DNA of 64,000 nucleotides from positions 28,703 to 92,702 of the forward strand of contig JAFQCL010000029.1 of NCBI GenBank assembly GCA_017416425.1, given 5' to 3'. Source of the DNA: Clostridia bacterium (GTDB taxonomy: Bacteria > Bacillota > Clostridia > Christensenellales > CAG-138). Position numbers and translations under genes: made by a program. Numbering within the stretch: the first letter of the stretch is position 1; each line of letters opens with the position of its first letter. A model generated the notes under the pieces. That model was not told where the DNA came from. It made no database searches and worked only from the letters and a program-made list of their open reading frames with translations. Below are positions 8,781 through 17,845 of the stretch, piece by piece.

Positions 8781-9618
8781 GCAGATACCTCCTTAAAAGC
8801 TCATCCGCTATAGCGTCTTCATCGAGCATATCATTTTCGATCTCTATTCCGCGCTCACGGAGCGATCTGATAAGCTGTATGCTTTGAGGAAGCTTTAACC
8901 CCATAGCATTCAGTTCGCAGTTTTTAAAGACCTCGCCTGGAGTTCCGATGGCGGCAATTTTTCCTCGGCTGAGTATAGCTATCCTGGTTGCCACATGTAC
9001 TATATCATCCATGGAATGACTTACCATAATTATTGTGATGCCAAGCTCGCTTTGAAGCTGCTGTAAAAGGGAGAGTATGCTCTGCCTGCCCATAGGGTCA
9101 AGACCTGCCATCGGTTCATCAAGCACGAGATACTTGGGTCTCATCGCTATTATCCCTGCCAGCGCCACACGTCTTTTTTCGCCGCCCGATAGGTCGAAGG
9201 GGGATTTTTCCGAAAATTCTGACACACAAAGCCCAACGGCTTCCATTGCCGAGGTTATGCGCTCATGCGCTTCATCGCCCGTTATCCCAAGGTTTGCTAC
9301 CCCAAATTCAATGTCCTTATACACTGTTTCCGCAAAGAGCTGATGCTCAGGATACTGAAAAACCATTCCGACAAGCCGTCTGCCGGATATGAGCTGCTTT
9401 TTTTGGGACATATCAAAGCCATCCACAAGCACTTTGCCGCAGGTAGGCATTATAAGCCCATTAATGTGCTGTATAAGCGTGCTTTTGCCGCTTCCCGTCT
9501 GCCCGATTATACAAAAGAACTCGCCTTCTGAAACATTGAAGCTTATATCCGAGATAGCATTGTGAGCAAGCTCACTGTTATTCATATATGTATGCGTTAC
9601 ATTTAAAAACTCTATCAT
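8773..9618 (-). CDS. ecfA2: ECF transporter ATPase EcfA2
   Basis: Walker A GQTGSGKST, signature LSGGEKRRVA, Walker B LVLDEP. Second of the tandem ATPases. Confidence 0.85.
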   Translation of the reverse strand: MIEFLNVTHTYMNNSELAHNAISDISFNVSEGEFFCIIGQTGSGKSTLIQHINGLIMPTCGKVLVDGFDMSQKKQLISGRRLVGMVFQYPEHQLFAETVYKDIEFGVANLGITGDEAHERITSAMEAVGLCVSEFSEKSPFDLSGGEKRRVALAGIIAMRPKYLVLDEPMAGLDPMGRQSILSLLQQLQSELGITIIMVSHSMDDIVHVATRIAILSRGKIAAIGTPGEVFKNCELNAMGLKLPQSIQLIRSLRERGIEIENDMLDEDAIADELLRRYLHA

Positions 9619-10451
9619 TATCTGCTTAGCCTTTTTTCGATTTCATCCGCGAGCGAGTCGAGCGTAAGTACTGAAGCGGGAATGTTCATGCCCGAGGCAT
9701 TGAGCTTATCCCTTATAGCGACCGGAAGCGGTACATCAAGCCCCATGGAGCGCAGTTTATCCGCATTTTCAAATATCTGAGTGGGCGTACCGTCCATAGC
9801 TATCCTGCCCGCGTTCATTACGATCACGCGATCTGAAAGCAAGACCTCCTCCATGTGCTGCGTTATCATGACTATGGTCTTTCCCGCCGCGTGAAGATCT
9901 TTCATTATAGCGATAACATCCTCCCTCCCTTTGGGGTCGAGCATTGCGGTGGCCTCATCAAACACGATTATGGAGGGATGCATGGCGAGTACGCCGGCTA
10001 TTGCCAGCCTTTGTTTTTGTCCGCCTGACAGCATGTGCGGAGCGCGTTTTCTAAATTCAGTCATACCAACAAGCTCAAGCGCCTCATCCACACGCTCCCA
10101 TATCTTAGGGGTCTCAATGCCAAGGTTTTCCGGGCCAAACCCTACGTCCTCTTCGACTACGGTGGTCACTATCTGGTTATCGGGGTTTTGAAATACCATG
10201 CCGACATTTTGACGTATTGTGAGTATGCTTTCTTCATCGCTTGTAAGAAGTCCGTTTACATATACCTGGCCTGATCTTGGCAGCAAAAGCCCGTTTAAAT
10301 GCTTGGCAACGGTGCTTTTCCCGCTTCCGTTGTGACCGACTATGGCTAAAAACTCACCATCGTTTATTGTAAGGCTTATGTCTGATATAACATCCTCTGA
10401 ATCGTTATATCCATAGCTCACCGAAATAAGCTCTATCATTATATCCTCCAA
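9618..10451 (-). CDS. ecfA1: ECF transporter ATPase EcfA1
   Basis: Walker A GHNGSGKST, signature LSGGQKQRLA, Walker B IVFDEAT. First gene of ecfA1-ecfA2-ecfT. Confidence 0.85.
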   Translation of the reverse strand: MEDIMIELISVSYGYNDSEDVISDISLTINDGEFLAIVGHNGSGKSTVAKHLNGLLLPRSGQVYVNGLLTSDEESILTIRQNVGMVFQNPDNQIVTTVVEEDVGFGPENLGIETPKIWERVDEALELVGMTEFRKRAPHMLSGGQKQRLAIAGVLAMHPSIIVFDEATAMLDPKGREDVIAIMKDLHAAGKTIVMITQHMEEVLLSDRVIVMNAGRIAMDGTPTQIFENADKLRSMGLDVPLPVAIRDKLNASGMNIPASVLTLDSLADEIEKRLSR

Positions 10452-10596
10452 ACGCCATCTTTTAGCAGCATATCAAATAAGTATACATGAGTTTTTTTTG
10501 CTTAGCAAGTGAGTTTCTGTGAAAATGCCATATATTTTAGCGACAAGGCAGCTGATTTGGCGTAACGGTAAAGCGGCGTTTGGAATAATTTAGAGT

Positions 10597-11148
10597 ATGC
10601 CGTTTTTTATATGCAGTAATGATATTAAGATAGCGAATGCTTTTGAATATGGAGGGCTCATGCTTCCAAGCTGTGATACGCTTTGGACGGATGAGCGCAC
10701 GCTTTTTGCGTATACGCTCTTAAGCGATATTCTTGGCTATACGCCCGATGCATACCTTAATTTCAGGCGCATAGGGGAGTGCAGCGCTCGTGGAGAATCA
10801 CAAAGGCTTGCGGGGCATACGCTTATACTCGGGCGGCGTATATCAAAGGCAGACCGTGAGGAGCTTTATCATACATGTCTTCGTATGCCTGAGTTCTCGC
10901 TTGTTCGGTATGGCGTACTTGCGCCCCGCTGGGTGGAATGCTCAATTGACGCCTCTTTTCCAAATCTGTACGCAGGAGATGTAAGCGTATATGTTTTTGT
11001 GCTTCAAGATGCGCTTATAAAAAATGGAATGAGGGGTATCGCGCTTTCGGGCGTGTTTGACGCTGCTACGGAAAATGCGCTAAAGCAGCTTGATATGGGG
11101 TATAGCGGAATTGTAACACATAAGCTCTGGCGCAAGCTTTTAAAATAA
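10597..11148 (+). CDS. Hypothetical protein with C-terminal peptidoglycan-binding-like repeat
   Basis: 183 aa. C-terminal GDVSVYVFVLQDALIKNGMRGIALSGVFDAATENALKQL...LWRKLL resembles PG_binding_1. The N-terminal part is unrecognised. Confidence 0.35.
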   Translation: MPFFICSNDIKIANAFEYGGLMLPSCDTLWTDERTLFAYTLLSDILGYTPDAYLNFRRIGECSARGESQRLAGHTLILGRRISKADREELYHTCLRMPEFSLVRYGVLAPRWVECSIDASFPNLYAGDVSVYVFVLQDALIKNGMRGIALSGVFDAATENALKQLDMGYSGIVTHKLWRKLLK

Positions 11149-11265
11149 GGGATGCTACTTAATAAGGCATGTATTGACATTTTAAAGGTGTTTGGATATA
11201 ATATGATAAAATAGTCCAGAGGCTTTATTTGAGAATAGCGCCCCAAAACACCGGGAGGAGTTTAT

Positions 11266-12111
11266 ATGAACCCTTATGGAAATATAGTGCTGCTGACAGG
11301 AGCGTCAAGCGGAATAGGAAATGCAACGGCAAAGCTGCTTGCAAAAGAGGGCTTTAGCGTATATGGCTTATCAAGGCGTGGACAAGGGCGCACCGAATTT
11401 ACAGACGGCGGCTTTTTGCAGATGCTGGCTGCAGATCTTACGGATGAGGGATCGGTAAATGCGGCGGTGTCCCATGTGCTGGATATTGAAAAGCGCATAG
11501 ATATACTCATAAACTGTGCCGGAAATGGCGTATGCGGCCCTGTTGAGGAGTGTAGCCCAAAGGATGCTCTATTGCAGCTTGATGTAAACTATCTTGGCAT
11601 AATACGAATGCTGAATGCAGTGCTTCCGGGGATGCGCGAGAGGCAAAAAGGTCTTATAATAAATATAGGCTCAGTCGGTGGAATATTCGCGATACCCTTC
11701 CAGTCGCTATATTCGTCATCAAAGTTTGCTGTGGAGGCGCTTACGGAGTGTCTTAGGATAGAGCTTTTGCCATATGGCGTGCGTGCGGCGCTGATTGAGC
11801 CTGGTGATATAAAAACGGGCTTTACCGGTTCAAGGGTATATGCAAAGCGTGCGCAGAATTCAAGCTATGGCGATAAATTTGCCGCAGCTATAGCGCAGAT
11901 GGAACATGATGAGACCCATGGAATGGATCCTATAGAGGTAGCAAAGGTGATCTATTCAGTTATAAAGCGGAAAAATCCTCCGGTCAGGGTTGTGGTTGGG
12001 TTTACATATAAGTTGCTTGTGTTTTTAAAGAGAGTGCTTCCTTCAAGGCTTATTGAGAAGATACTTACGCTTATGTATCCAAACTCAAAGGCAGGCATTG
12101 AAAAGAAATGA
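11266..12111 (+). CDS. Short-chain dehydrogenase/reductase (SDR) family oxidoreductase
   Basis: TGASSGIG cofactor motif, NCAG, and YSSSK catalytic motif. Confidence 0.8.
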   Translation: MNPYGNIVLLTGASSGIGNATAKLLAKEGFSVYGLSRRGQGRTEFTDGGFLQMLAADLTDEGSVNAAVSHVLDIEKRIDILINCAGNGVCGPVEECSPKDALLQLDVNYLGIIRMLNAVLPGMRERQKGLIINIGSVGGIFAIPFQSLYSSSKFAVEALTECLRIELLPYGVRAALIEPGDIKTGFTGSRVYAKRAQNSSYGDKFAAAIAQMEHDETHGMDPIEVAKVIYSVIKRKNPPVRVVVGFTYKLLVFLKRVLPSRLIEKILTLMYPNSKAGIEKK

Positions 12112-12827
12112 GCGCGCTGCTTATAATGATAGGGGCAATTTTAGTGTTTATTGCTGTTTTGCCCCTTTTTTTTGATAAATGCCATGCGGGTATGGCTGCG
12201 CTCTTTGCTTTGGGAGCGCTTTTTGTCCTACATGGTTTATTTTTTGATACCCTATTGCCTTTTTTTGCGGCTTTTATGGTGGTATACGTTCTCTTCGTCG
12301 TTTGGCTGATCGTGCTCAGCATGTTTTTTATAGTGTTTGCATTTAAAAACGCTTCCTTGCCCTGCTATTTTGATGTGATACTCGTTTTAGGCTGTGGAAT
12401 AAAAGGATGCATTCTAAGTCGCACCCTAAAACTTCGATTGAATAAGGCTATGGAGTTTAAAAAAACGCACCCAAAGGCAAAGCTTATGCTGTCAGGCGGC
12501 ATGTCAAAAGGGGCTGATATATCCGAGGCGCATGCCATGCGTAAATATCTTGTGAAAAAAGGTTTAAGCGAAGATACGCTGATGATCGAGGATGAAGCGC
12601 TCTCCACATTTGAAAATTTCGCGTTTTCAACCGCCTTGATCGGCGATAAAAAGGTTTTAGCGGTGACCAGCGTTTCACATACATATAGGGCCTATCTAAT
12701 GGCAAGGGCAGCCGGTCTTGATATACGTATTTGTCCTGCAAAAGAGCCTCTTACGATGTTTTTTACAAACTATATCCGTGAGCTTATTGCAGTAACTATG
12801 TTTTTTATGTTTGGCCGCATCGTATGA
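12108..12827 (+). CDS. DUF218/YdcF-family membrane protein
   Basis: 239 aa. N-terminal TM helices, then a DUF218-like core (ILVLGCG...LMLSGG...EAHAMRKYL...EDEALSTFENF). 4-nt overlap with the SDR gene. Confidence 0.65.
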   Translation: MSALLIMIGAILVFIAVLPLFFDKCHAGMAALFALGALFVLHGLFFDTLLPFFAAFMVVYVLFVVWLIVLSMFFIVFAFKNASLPCYFDVILVLGCGIKGCILSRTLKLRLNKAMEFKKTHPKAKLMLSGGMSKGADISEAHAMRKYLVKKGLSEDTLMIEDEALSTFENFAFSTALIGDKKVLAVTSVSHTYRAYLMARAAGLDIRICPAKEPLTMFFTNYIRELIAVTMFFMFGRIV

Positions 12828-12878
12828 TGGGTCTATCTTAAAAGCTTGCTGCTTTATAACGCGCGAGCTTTTTTACGC

Positions 12879-14513
12879 TTAATTTGTATACATATACCAC
12901 GAGGCTATGGAGCTTAATATGTCCGGTTTTCGTGCACTGCTTGGGATGCCTTGGATTTTTGTGGAGCAGATGATGCTGTTCATGCGGAAATACAATACCA
13001 TAAAAGGCAGATCATTCGTAAACATAGTCATAATCTCGTTGGCAGCTTCACGCATATCCGATTGGCTGTCAGCCACTTTAAGATCCATAACAGCCAGCGC
13101 CATCTGGGTATTATTGTAATTGCCAAAGTTTTGTGAGCCCGAGGGAGACAAAAAGGGCGTTAAATCCAGATCCTGAGCCAAGTTAAAGCCGGCGAGCGCT
13201 ATGTCGAATTCTCCACCGGCAAGAAGCTCAGGGTAGGAGATAGTATCCCCCGTAGCTTCCATGGGAGCCACAACGACATTAACCCTTATTCCGATGGCTT
13301 CAAGCTGTGAGCTTATAAGCAGAGCCGCGTCATGCCTTACGCTTGTTTCCTTGTTTTCATTTACAAGCAGCGTGAGTGACAGCTCGGTTCTTGTAGCCGA
13401 ATACTCGAGAAAACCATCATCATCGTTATCAATATATCCCACATCATTTAAAAGCTTTTGCGCTAATGCTTTATTGTACTCAATGACTTTACTTCTTGGG
13501 TCGTATGCAAACGAGTCGGGGGCTATAGGCACATCGCATAGCTGTACCTTATACATGTATACATTTGCGGCAATGGTGGCTCTGTTGATGGCATAGGCGA
13601 TGGCCTTTCTTATGTTGACATTAGCGCAGGTACGCCTGTGGTTAAACAAAAGTACCTCCATGTTTTGCGTCAGCACATCCGTAACCGATGTAACATCCGT
13701 CTCACGATAGCTTCCCGAATAAAGCACATCCGTTACGAGAAAATTGAGCTGATCCGCAGCATACGAGGCAAGCGCTGTGGTCGAGTCGCTTTTTTCGATA
13801 AAGTGTATGTTTTGTATGTAGGGAACTGTGCGCCACCAACGGCTGTTCACGCTAAGGAGGACTTCTTCATCGGAGGATGAGGTCAAAAGGTAAGGCCCGG
13901 TGCCTATGGGTATTAAAGCTTGTGCGGCGGCTTTACATACTATGGGGAACGTCATAAGCAAAATGGGTGAAAAGCCCTCATGAGTAAATGTTATATTTAC
14001 CGTGTAGTCATCGATAGCAGAATAGCTCTCGATCTTGCTTACATTATGGGCGTAATATGTATTATCGCCAAGCGCGATCAGCCTGTCTATGGTGTATATG
14101 ACATCCTCCGATGTGAAACTTCCATAGCCGCCATGAAACGCAACATCACTTCTTAGCGAAAATGTCCACGTTCTTGCATCGGGACCTACATGCCAGTTTG
14201 AAGCAAGCTCCGGTGTAGGAAGTCCCGAATCATCAAGCTGCACAAGGCTTTCAAATACGAGCGAAAACATGGAAAGCATCTCCTCGGTGGTTACAGTCAG
14301 AGGGTCCTTTATATCGGCATTATGGGGCATGTACATATAGAGAGTGCCGCCCGCTGTGGGTGATATCATGGGTGTTTGCGTGGGCATCACTATAGGCGTG
14401 CCAAAGCCATCAGTGGAAATGGGAGCGGGAGATACACCCTCCTTTGGTGTATTGCACCCAAGGATACAGAACATGGTGGCAAGTATCAGTAAATATGACA
14501 GGTATTTTTTCAT
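12879..14513 (-). CDS. ABC-transporter substrate-binding lipoprotein, family 5 (peptide/nickel type)
   Basis: 544 aa. Lipobox ILGC. Typical SBP_bac_5 length and sequence. No adjacent permease genes. Confidence 0.75.
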   Translation of the reverse strand: MKKYLSYLLILATMFCILGCNTPKEGVSPAPISTDGFGTPIVMPTQTPMISPTAGGTLYMYMPHNADIKDPLTVTTEEMLSMFSLVFESLVQLDDSGLPTPELASNWHVGPDARTWTFSLRSDVAFHGGYGSFTSEDVIYTIDRLIALGDNTYYAHNVSKIESYSAIDDYTVNITFTHEGFSPILLMTFPIVCKAAAQALIPIGTGPYLLTSSSDEEVLLSVNSRWWRTVPYIQNIHFIEKSDSTTALASYAADQLNFLVTDVLYSGSYRETDVTSVTDVLTQNMEVLLFNHRRTCANVNIRKAIAYAINRATIAANVYMYKVQLCDVPIAPDSFAYDPRSKVIEYNKALAQKLLNDVGYIDNDDDGFLEYSATRTELSLTLLVNENKETSVRHDAALLISSQLEAIGIRVNVVVAPMEATGDTISYPELLAGGEFDIALAGFNLAQDLDLTPFLSPSGSQNFGNYNNTQMALAVMDLKVADSQSDMREAANEIMTMFTNDLPFMVLYFRMNSIICSTKIQGIPSSARKPDILSSIASWYMYTN

Positions 14514-14537
14514 CTTAAAAGCCTTTCAGGGTAGAAA

Positions 14538-15146
14538 CTAATCTATCCGCAGTAAACGCCTTGCAGCATTAAGCGCATCGTCTGTTTTTTTATAAAGCTC
14601 ATCTATCGTGCCGTCATTTGTTATCACGATATCGGCATATGTTATGCGATCTTCGTCCGAAAGCTGCGCGTTTATGCGTTTTTGCGCCACATCTGGAGTC
14701 ATACCGCTTCTTAGTTTAAGCCTATCTATGCGTGTTTTTTTGTTTGCGGTCACCACCCATATAATGTCGGTTTCTCTATAAAGCCCAGATTCTATAAGCA
14801 GCGGCACATCCCATACGATAAGGCGCTTGGGATCGTTTTTTAAGATGGCTTCCGTTTTAAGCCGGATCCTTTCCAAAATGAGCGGATGCATTATCTCATT
14901 TAGCCTTAAAAGCTTACTTTTATCCGTAAATACGATGGCAGAGAGGGCTTTTCGATCTAAAACACCGCTTGGAAGGAGTATGTCCTCGCCAAATTCCAGA
15001 GTGAGCCTTTCGACAACGCTATCACAGCGTGTCAGCGCGCGGGATATTTTATCGGCATCCAGCACAAAAAGCCCGTGCTTCTTTAGCCTTCTTGCGATAC
15101 AGCTTTTTCCGGAGCCTATACCCCCGGTAAGTCCGATTACAGGCAT
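14538..15146 (-). CDS. coaE: Dephospho-CoA kinase
   Basis: N-terminal IGLTGGIGSGKS P-loop. 202 aa. Located upstream of polA as in many Firmicutes. Confidence 0.85.
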   Translation of the reverse strand: MPVIGLTGGIGSGKSCIARRLKKHGLFVLDADKISRALTRCDSVVERLTLEFGEDILLPSGVLDRKALSAIVFTDKSKLLRLNEIMHPLILERIRLKTEAILKNDPKRLIVWDVPLLIESGLYRETDIIWVVTANKKTRIDRLKLRSGMTPDVAQKRINAQLSDEDRITYADIVITNDGTIDELYKKTDDALNAARRLLRID

Positions 15147-15185
15147 ATGTTCCTCCCTGATAGATGAAGCCCTTATAAAATGAGA

Positions 15186-17762
15186 CTATTTTGTATCAAA
15201 CCAGCTTTTGCCGGTGTGTACCTCCGCGATAAGCGGAACAGATAGAGTAAGCGCATTTTCCATACAATCGGTCAAAATGTCTGAAACTTCGGCGGCCTCA
15301 TCCTCGGGGCAATCGATTATAAGCTCATCATGAACCTGAAGTATCAGCTTTGCGCGAAGCTCTCTCTTTTTAAGCTCCCTGTCAACATTTACCATGGCAA
15401 GCTTTATTATATCCGCCGCGCTGCCTTGTATGGGCATATTCATGGCTATGCGCTCGCCGGAGGATCTCACGTTAGCGTTACTTGATTTAAGTTCAGGCAT
15501 GGCTCTTCTTCTTGAAAAGATAGTCTTTGCAAAACCCGCTTTTCTTGCCTCCTCTACGGAGCTCTTCATGTATTTTGCTACTCCGTCATAGCGTGAAAGG
15601 TACATATTTATGTATTCACTCGCTCGTTTTCTTGTAATACCCAGATTTTTTGCAAGCCCGAAATCCGATATTCCATAGACAATACCGAAATTTACGGCTT
15701 TTGCGGCTGAGCGCTGATCGGCTGTGACATCTTCGGGAGCGATATTGAATACCTCGGCGGCAGTGCTTCTGTGTATATCGGCTTTGTTTATAAACGCGGT
15801 TTGCATACGAACATCTCCGCTTATGTGAGATAGTACGCGGAGCTCTATCTGTGAATAATCAGCACCGACAAGCACGTTTCCGGGGCTTGCTATGAATGCC
15901 TTTCGTATCTCCCTGCCCTCGGCTGTTCTTACGGGTATGTTTTGAAGGTTTGGTTCTGTGCTCGATATTCTTCCCGTAGCGGTTATAGTCTGGTGGAAGC
16001 TCGTATGGATTCGTCCGTCTTCGCCAATAAGCGCTCCCATGCCGTCTATATAGGTGCTTTTGAGCTTGGTTAAAAAGCGGTATTCCGATATTAGGCCGAT
16101 TATTTCGTGCTTGTCCATAAGCGCTTCAAGTGTGTCGGCGTCGGTGGAATAGCCTGTTTTGGTTTTTTTAATGGGCGGGAGGTTGAGCTTTTCAAAGAGT
16201 ATGTGGCCAAGCTGCTTTGTTGAGAGTATGGAAAAGTGCTCTCCCGCAAGCTCGTATATTCGGGAAGAAAGCGCATGAAGTCTTTTCCCAAAATCCTCGC
16301 CTATGGCCGTCAAAATGCTCTTATCGGTACAAAATCCCGCCGACTCCATGGAAAAGAGCACCGATACCAGAGGAAGCTCTATTTGAGTATAAAGCTTTAG
16401 CATGTTAAGCGCAAAGAGCGACTCCATTAATAATGGCTCAAGCGCAAATAGGGATGCCGCCTTGTTATAGGGGATGCCTACCATATCAAGCAGGCTCCTT
16501 AGATCCTTTGACGGGTTTATGGCGTGAAGCAGATAATCGGCTATCCGGGCATCAAACAGCTTGCAGCAAAGCCTGACATTCCATCTTTCAAGGATGTGCA
16601 TGAAGGCTTTCGCATCGAATATCAAAAGCTTTATATCCGGCTGTGAAAAGATGGGCATAAGGGGCGAAAGTATACTTTTAAGCTCAACCTCATCCGATGT
16701 ATCGGAAAGCTTATAAAGCTTTGTTTCAGAGGAGGCGATATAAAAGCCTTCGTCCATATGTATGGCAAATACTCCGCCAAGCTCTATTTCGGAAAATAGC
16801 GATGCCGCCTTTTCGGGCGTATCTATAAGCGCAAATTGAGGCTCGCTTGGGGTTTCATGTATAGGCTCGGGGGTGGGAGCCGGTGCTTTTGAAAGCTCCT
16901 TTTTAAGCCTGCCAAGGATACTTCTTAGCTGAAGCCTTTCAAGGGCAGGTACGGCTTTTTCCATACAGCTTATATCAAAAACGCAATCAAACAGCGTGGT
17001 ATCAAGAGGTATGTTTCTATCGATGGTGGCAAGCTTATGCGAAAGCCTTGCGCTGTTCGCATTTTCAAGCAGCTTTTTCTGAAGGGCGCCCTTTTCGTTG
17101 TGTGCGTTATTTAAAGCTTCCTCTGCGGTACCGTATTTTTCAAGCAGACGAAGCGCCGTCTTTTCACCAACACCGCTTATTCCGGGTATATTATCTGAAG
17201 CATCACCCATAAGCGCCTTTAGGTCTATGATCTGAGAAGGCGAAAGCCCATAGTCTAAAAGCAGTCTTTCTTTTGTGTATTCTATTGTTTCCGATATGCC
17301 CTTTTTGGTCATAAGGACATGTGTGGTATTGGAGATAAGCTGAAGCGCGTCCCTGTCGCCTGTAACGAGCGTAACGGCTATGCCGTTTTTTTCCGCCACA
17401 AGGGAAAGCGTTCCCAGTATATCATCGGCTTCATAGCCCGCGCATTCGCATACGGCGATCCCCATATCATGAAGTATGTCCCTTATGATGGCCATTTGGG
17501 TCTTAAGCTCATCCGGAGCGGGCTTTCTTGTGCCCTTATATTCGGGGTAAAGGCTATGGCGGAATGTTTCGCCTTTTACATCAAACGCAACGGCCATGTA
17601 TTCGGGATGCCTTGCTATAAGCGGCATGAGCATGGATAAAAAACCATGGATCGCGTTTGTAGGCGTTCCATCCGCGCTTGTCATGTTGTTTAATGCGTAA
17701 AAAGCTCTGTACATCAGGCTGTTTCCATCGATTATTATAAACTGATCCATATTTTTGACCAT
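15186..17762 (-). CDS. polA: DNA polymerase I
   Basis: 5'-nuclease domain (IIIDGNSLMYRAFYAL) and family A polymerase motifs (DYSQIELRVLSH, QVHDELI). Start chosen at ATG 17762 (MVKNMDQF...). 17750 and the track's 17822 are alternatives. See the leader feature at 17763-17827. Confidence 0.9.
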   Translation of the reverse strand: MVKNMDQFIIIDGNSLMYRAFYALNNMTSADGTPTNAIHGFLSMLMPLIARHPEYMAVAFDVKGETFRHSLYPEYKGTRKPAPDELKTQMAIIRDILHDMGIAVCECAGYEADDILGTLSLVAEKNGIAVTLVTGDRDALQLISNTTHVLMTKKGISETIEYTKERLLLDYGLSPSQIIDLKALMGDASDNIPGISGVGEKTALRLLEKYGTAEEALNNAHNEKGALQKKLLENANSARLSHKLATIDRNIPLDTTLFDCVFDISCMEKAVPALERLQLRSILGRLKKELSKAPAPTPEPIHETPSEPQFALIDTPEKAASLFSEIELGGVFAIHMDEGFYIASSETKLYKLSDTSDEVELKSILSPLMPIFSQPDIKLLIFDAKAFMHILERWNVRLCCKLFDARIADYLLHAINPSKDLRSLLDMVGIPYNKAASLFALEPLLMESLFALNMLKLYTQIELPLVSVLFSMESAGFCTDKSILTAIGEDFGKRLHALSSRIYELAGEHFSILSTKQLGHILFEKLNLPPIKKTKTGYSTDADTLEALMDKHEIIGLISEYRFLTKLKSTYIDGMGALIGEDGRIHTSFHQTITATGRISSTEPNLQNIPVRTAEGREIRKAFIASPGNVLVGADYSQIELRVLSHISGDVRMQTAFINKADIHRSTAAEVFNIAPEDVTADQRSAAKAVNFGIVYGISDFGLAKNLGITRKRASEYINMYLSRYDGVAKYMKSSVEEARKAGFAKTIFSRRRAMPELKSSNANVRSSGERIAMNMPIQGSAADIIKLAMVNVDRELKKRELRAKLILQVHDELIIDCPEDEAAEVSDILTDCMENALTLSVPLIAEVHTGKSWFDTK

Positions 17763-17827
17763 AATTTTCGCATAGCGAAAGTATCCTTTCTTATGGAATT
17801 GGGACTGGATTTGTGTTAACACAAAAT
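17763..17827 (-). promoter_or_regulatory. Conserved structured intercistronic leader, copy 1 (upstream of polA)
   Basis: Minus strand: TTTGTG-ttaa-CACAAA (P1, 17810-17825), CCAGTCCCAATTCCATA, AGAAAGGA (SD, 17784-17791), TTTCGC-tat-GCGAAA (P2, 17766-17780), att-ATG. The same blocks in the same order occur at 57082-57213 and 61110-61224. Confidence 0.6.
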
Positions 17828-17845
17828 CCCGGCCGGGCTGCTGTT

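Noticed and set aside
184-14513. Two solute-binding lipoprotein genes (184-1185 and 12879-14513) with no adjacent permease or ATPase genes
   Set aside because: Orphan binding proteins are common, and their partners may lie outside the window or elsewhere in the genome. This is not enough to call anything unusual.
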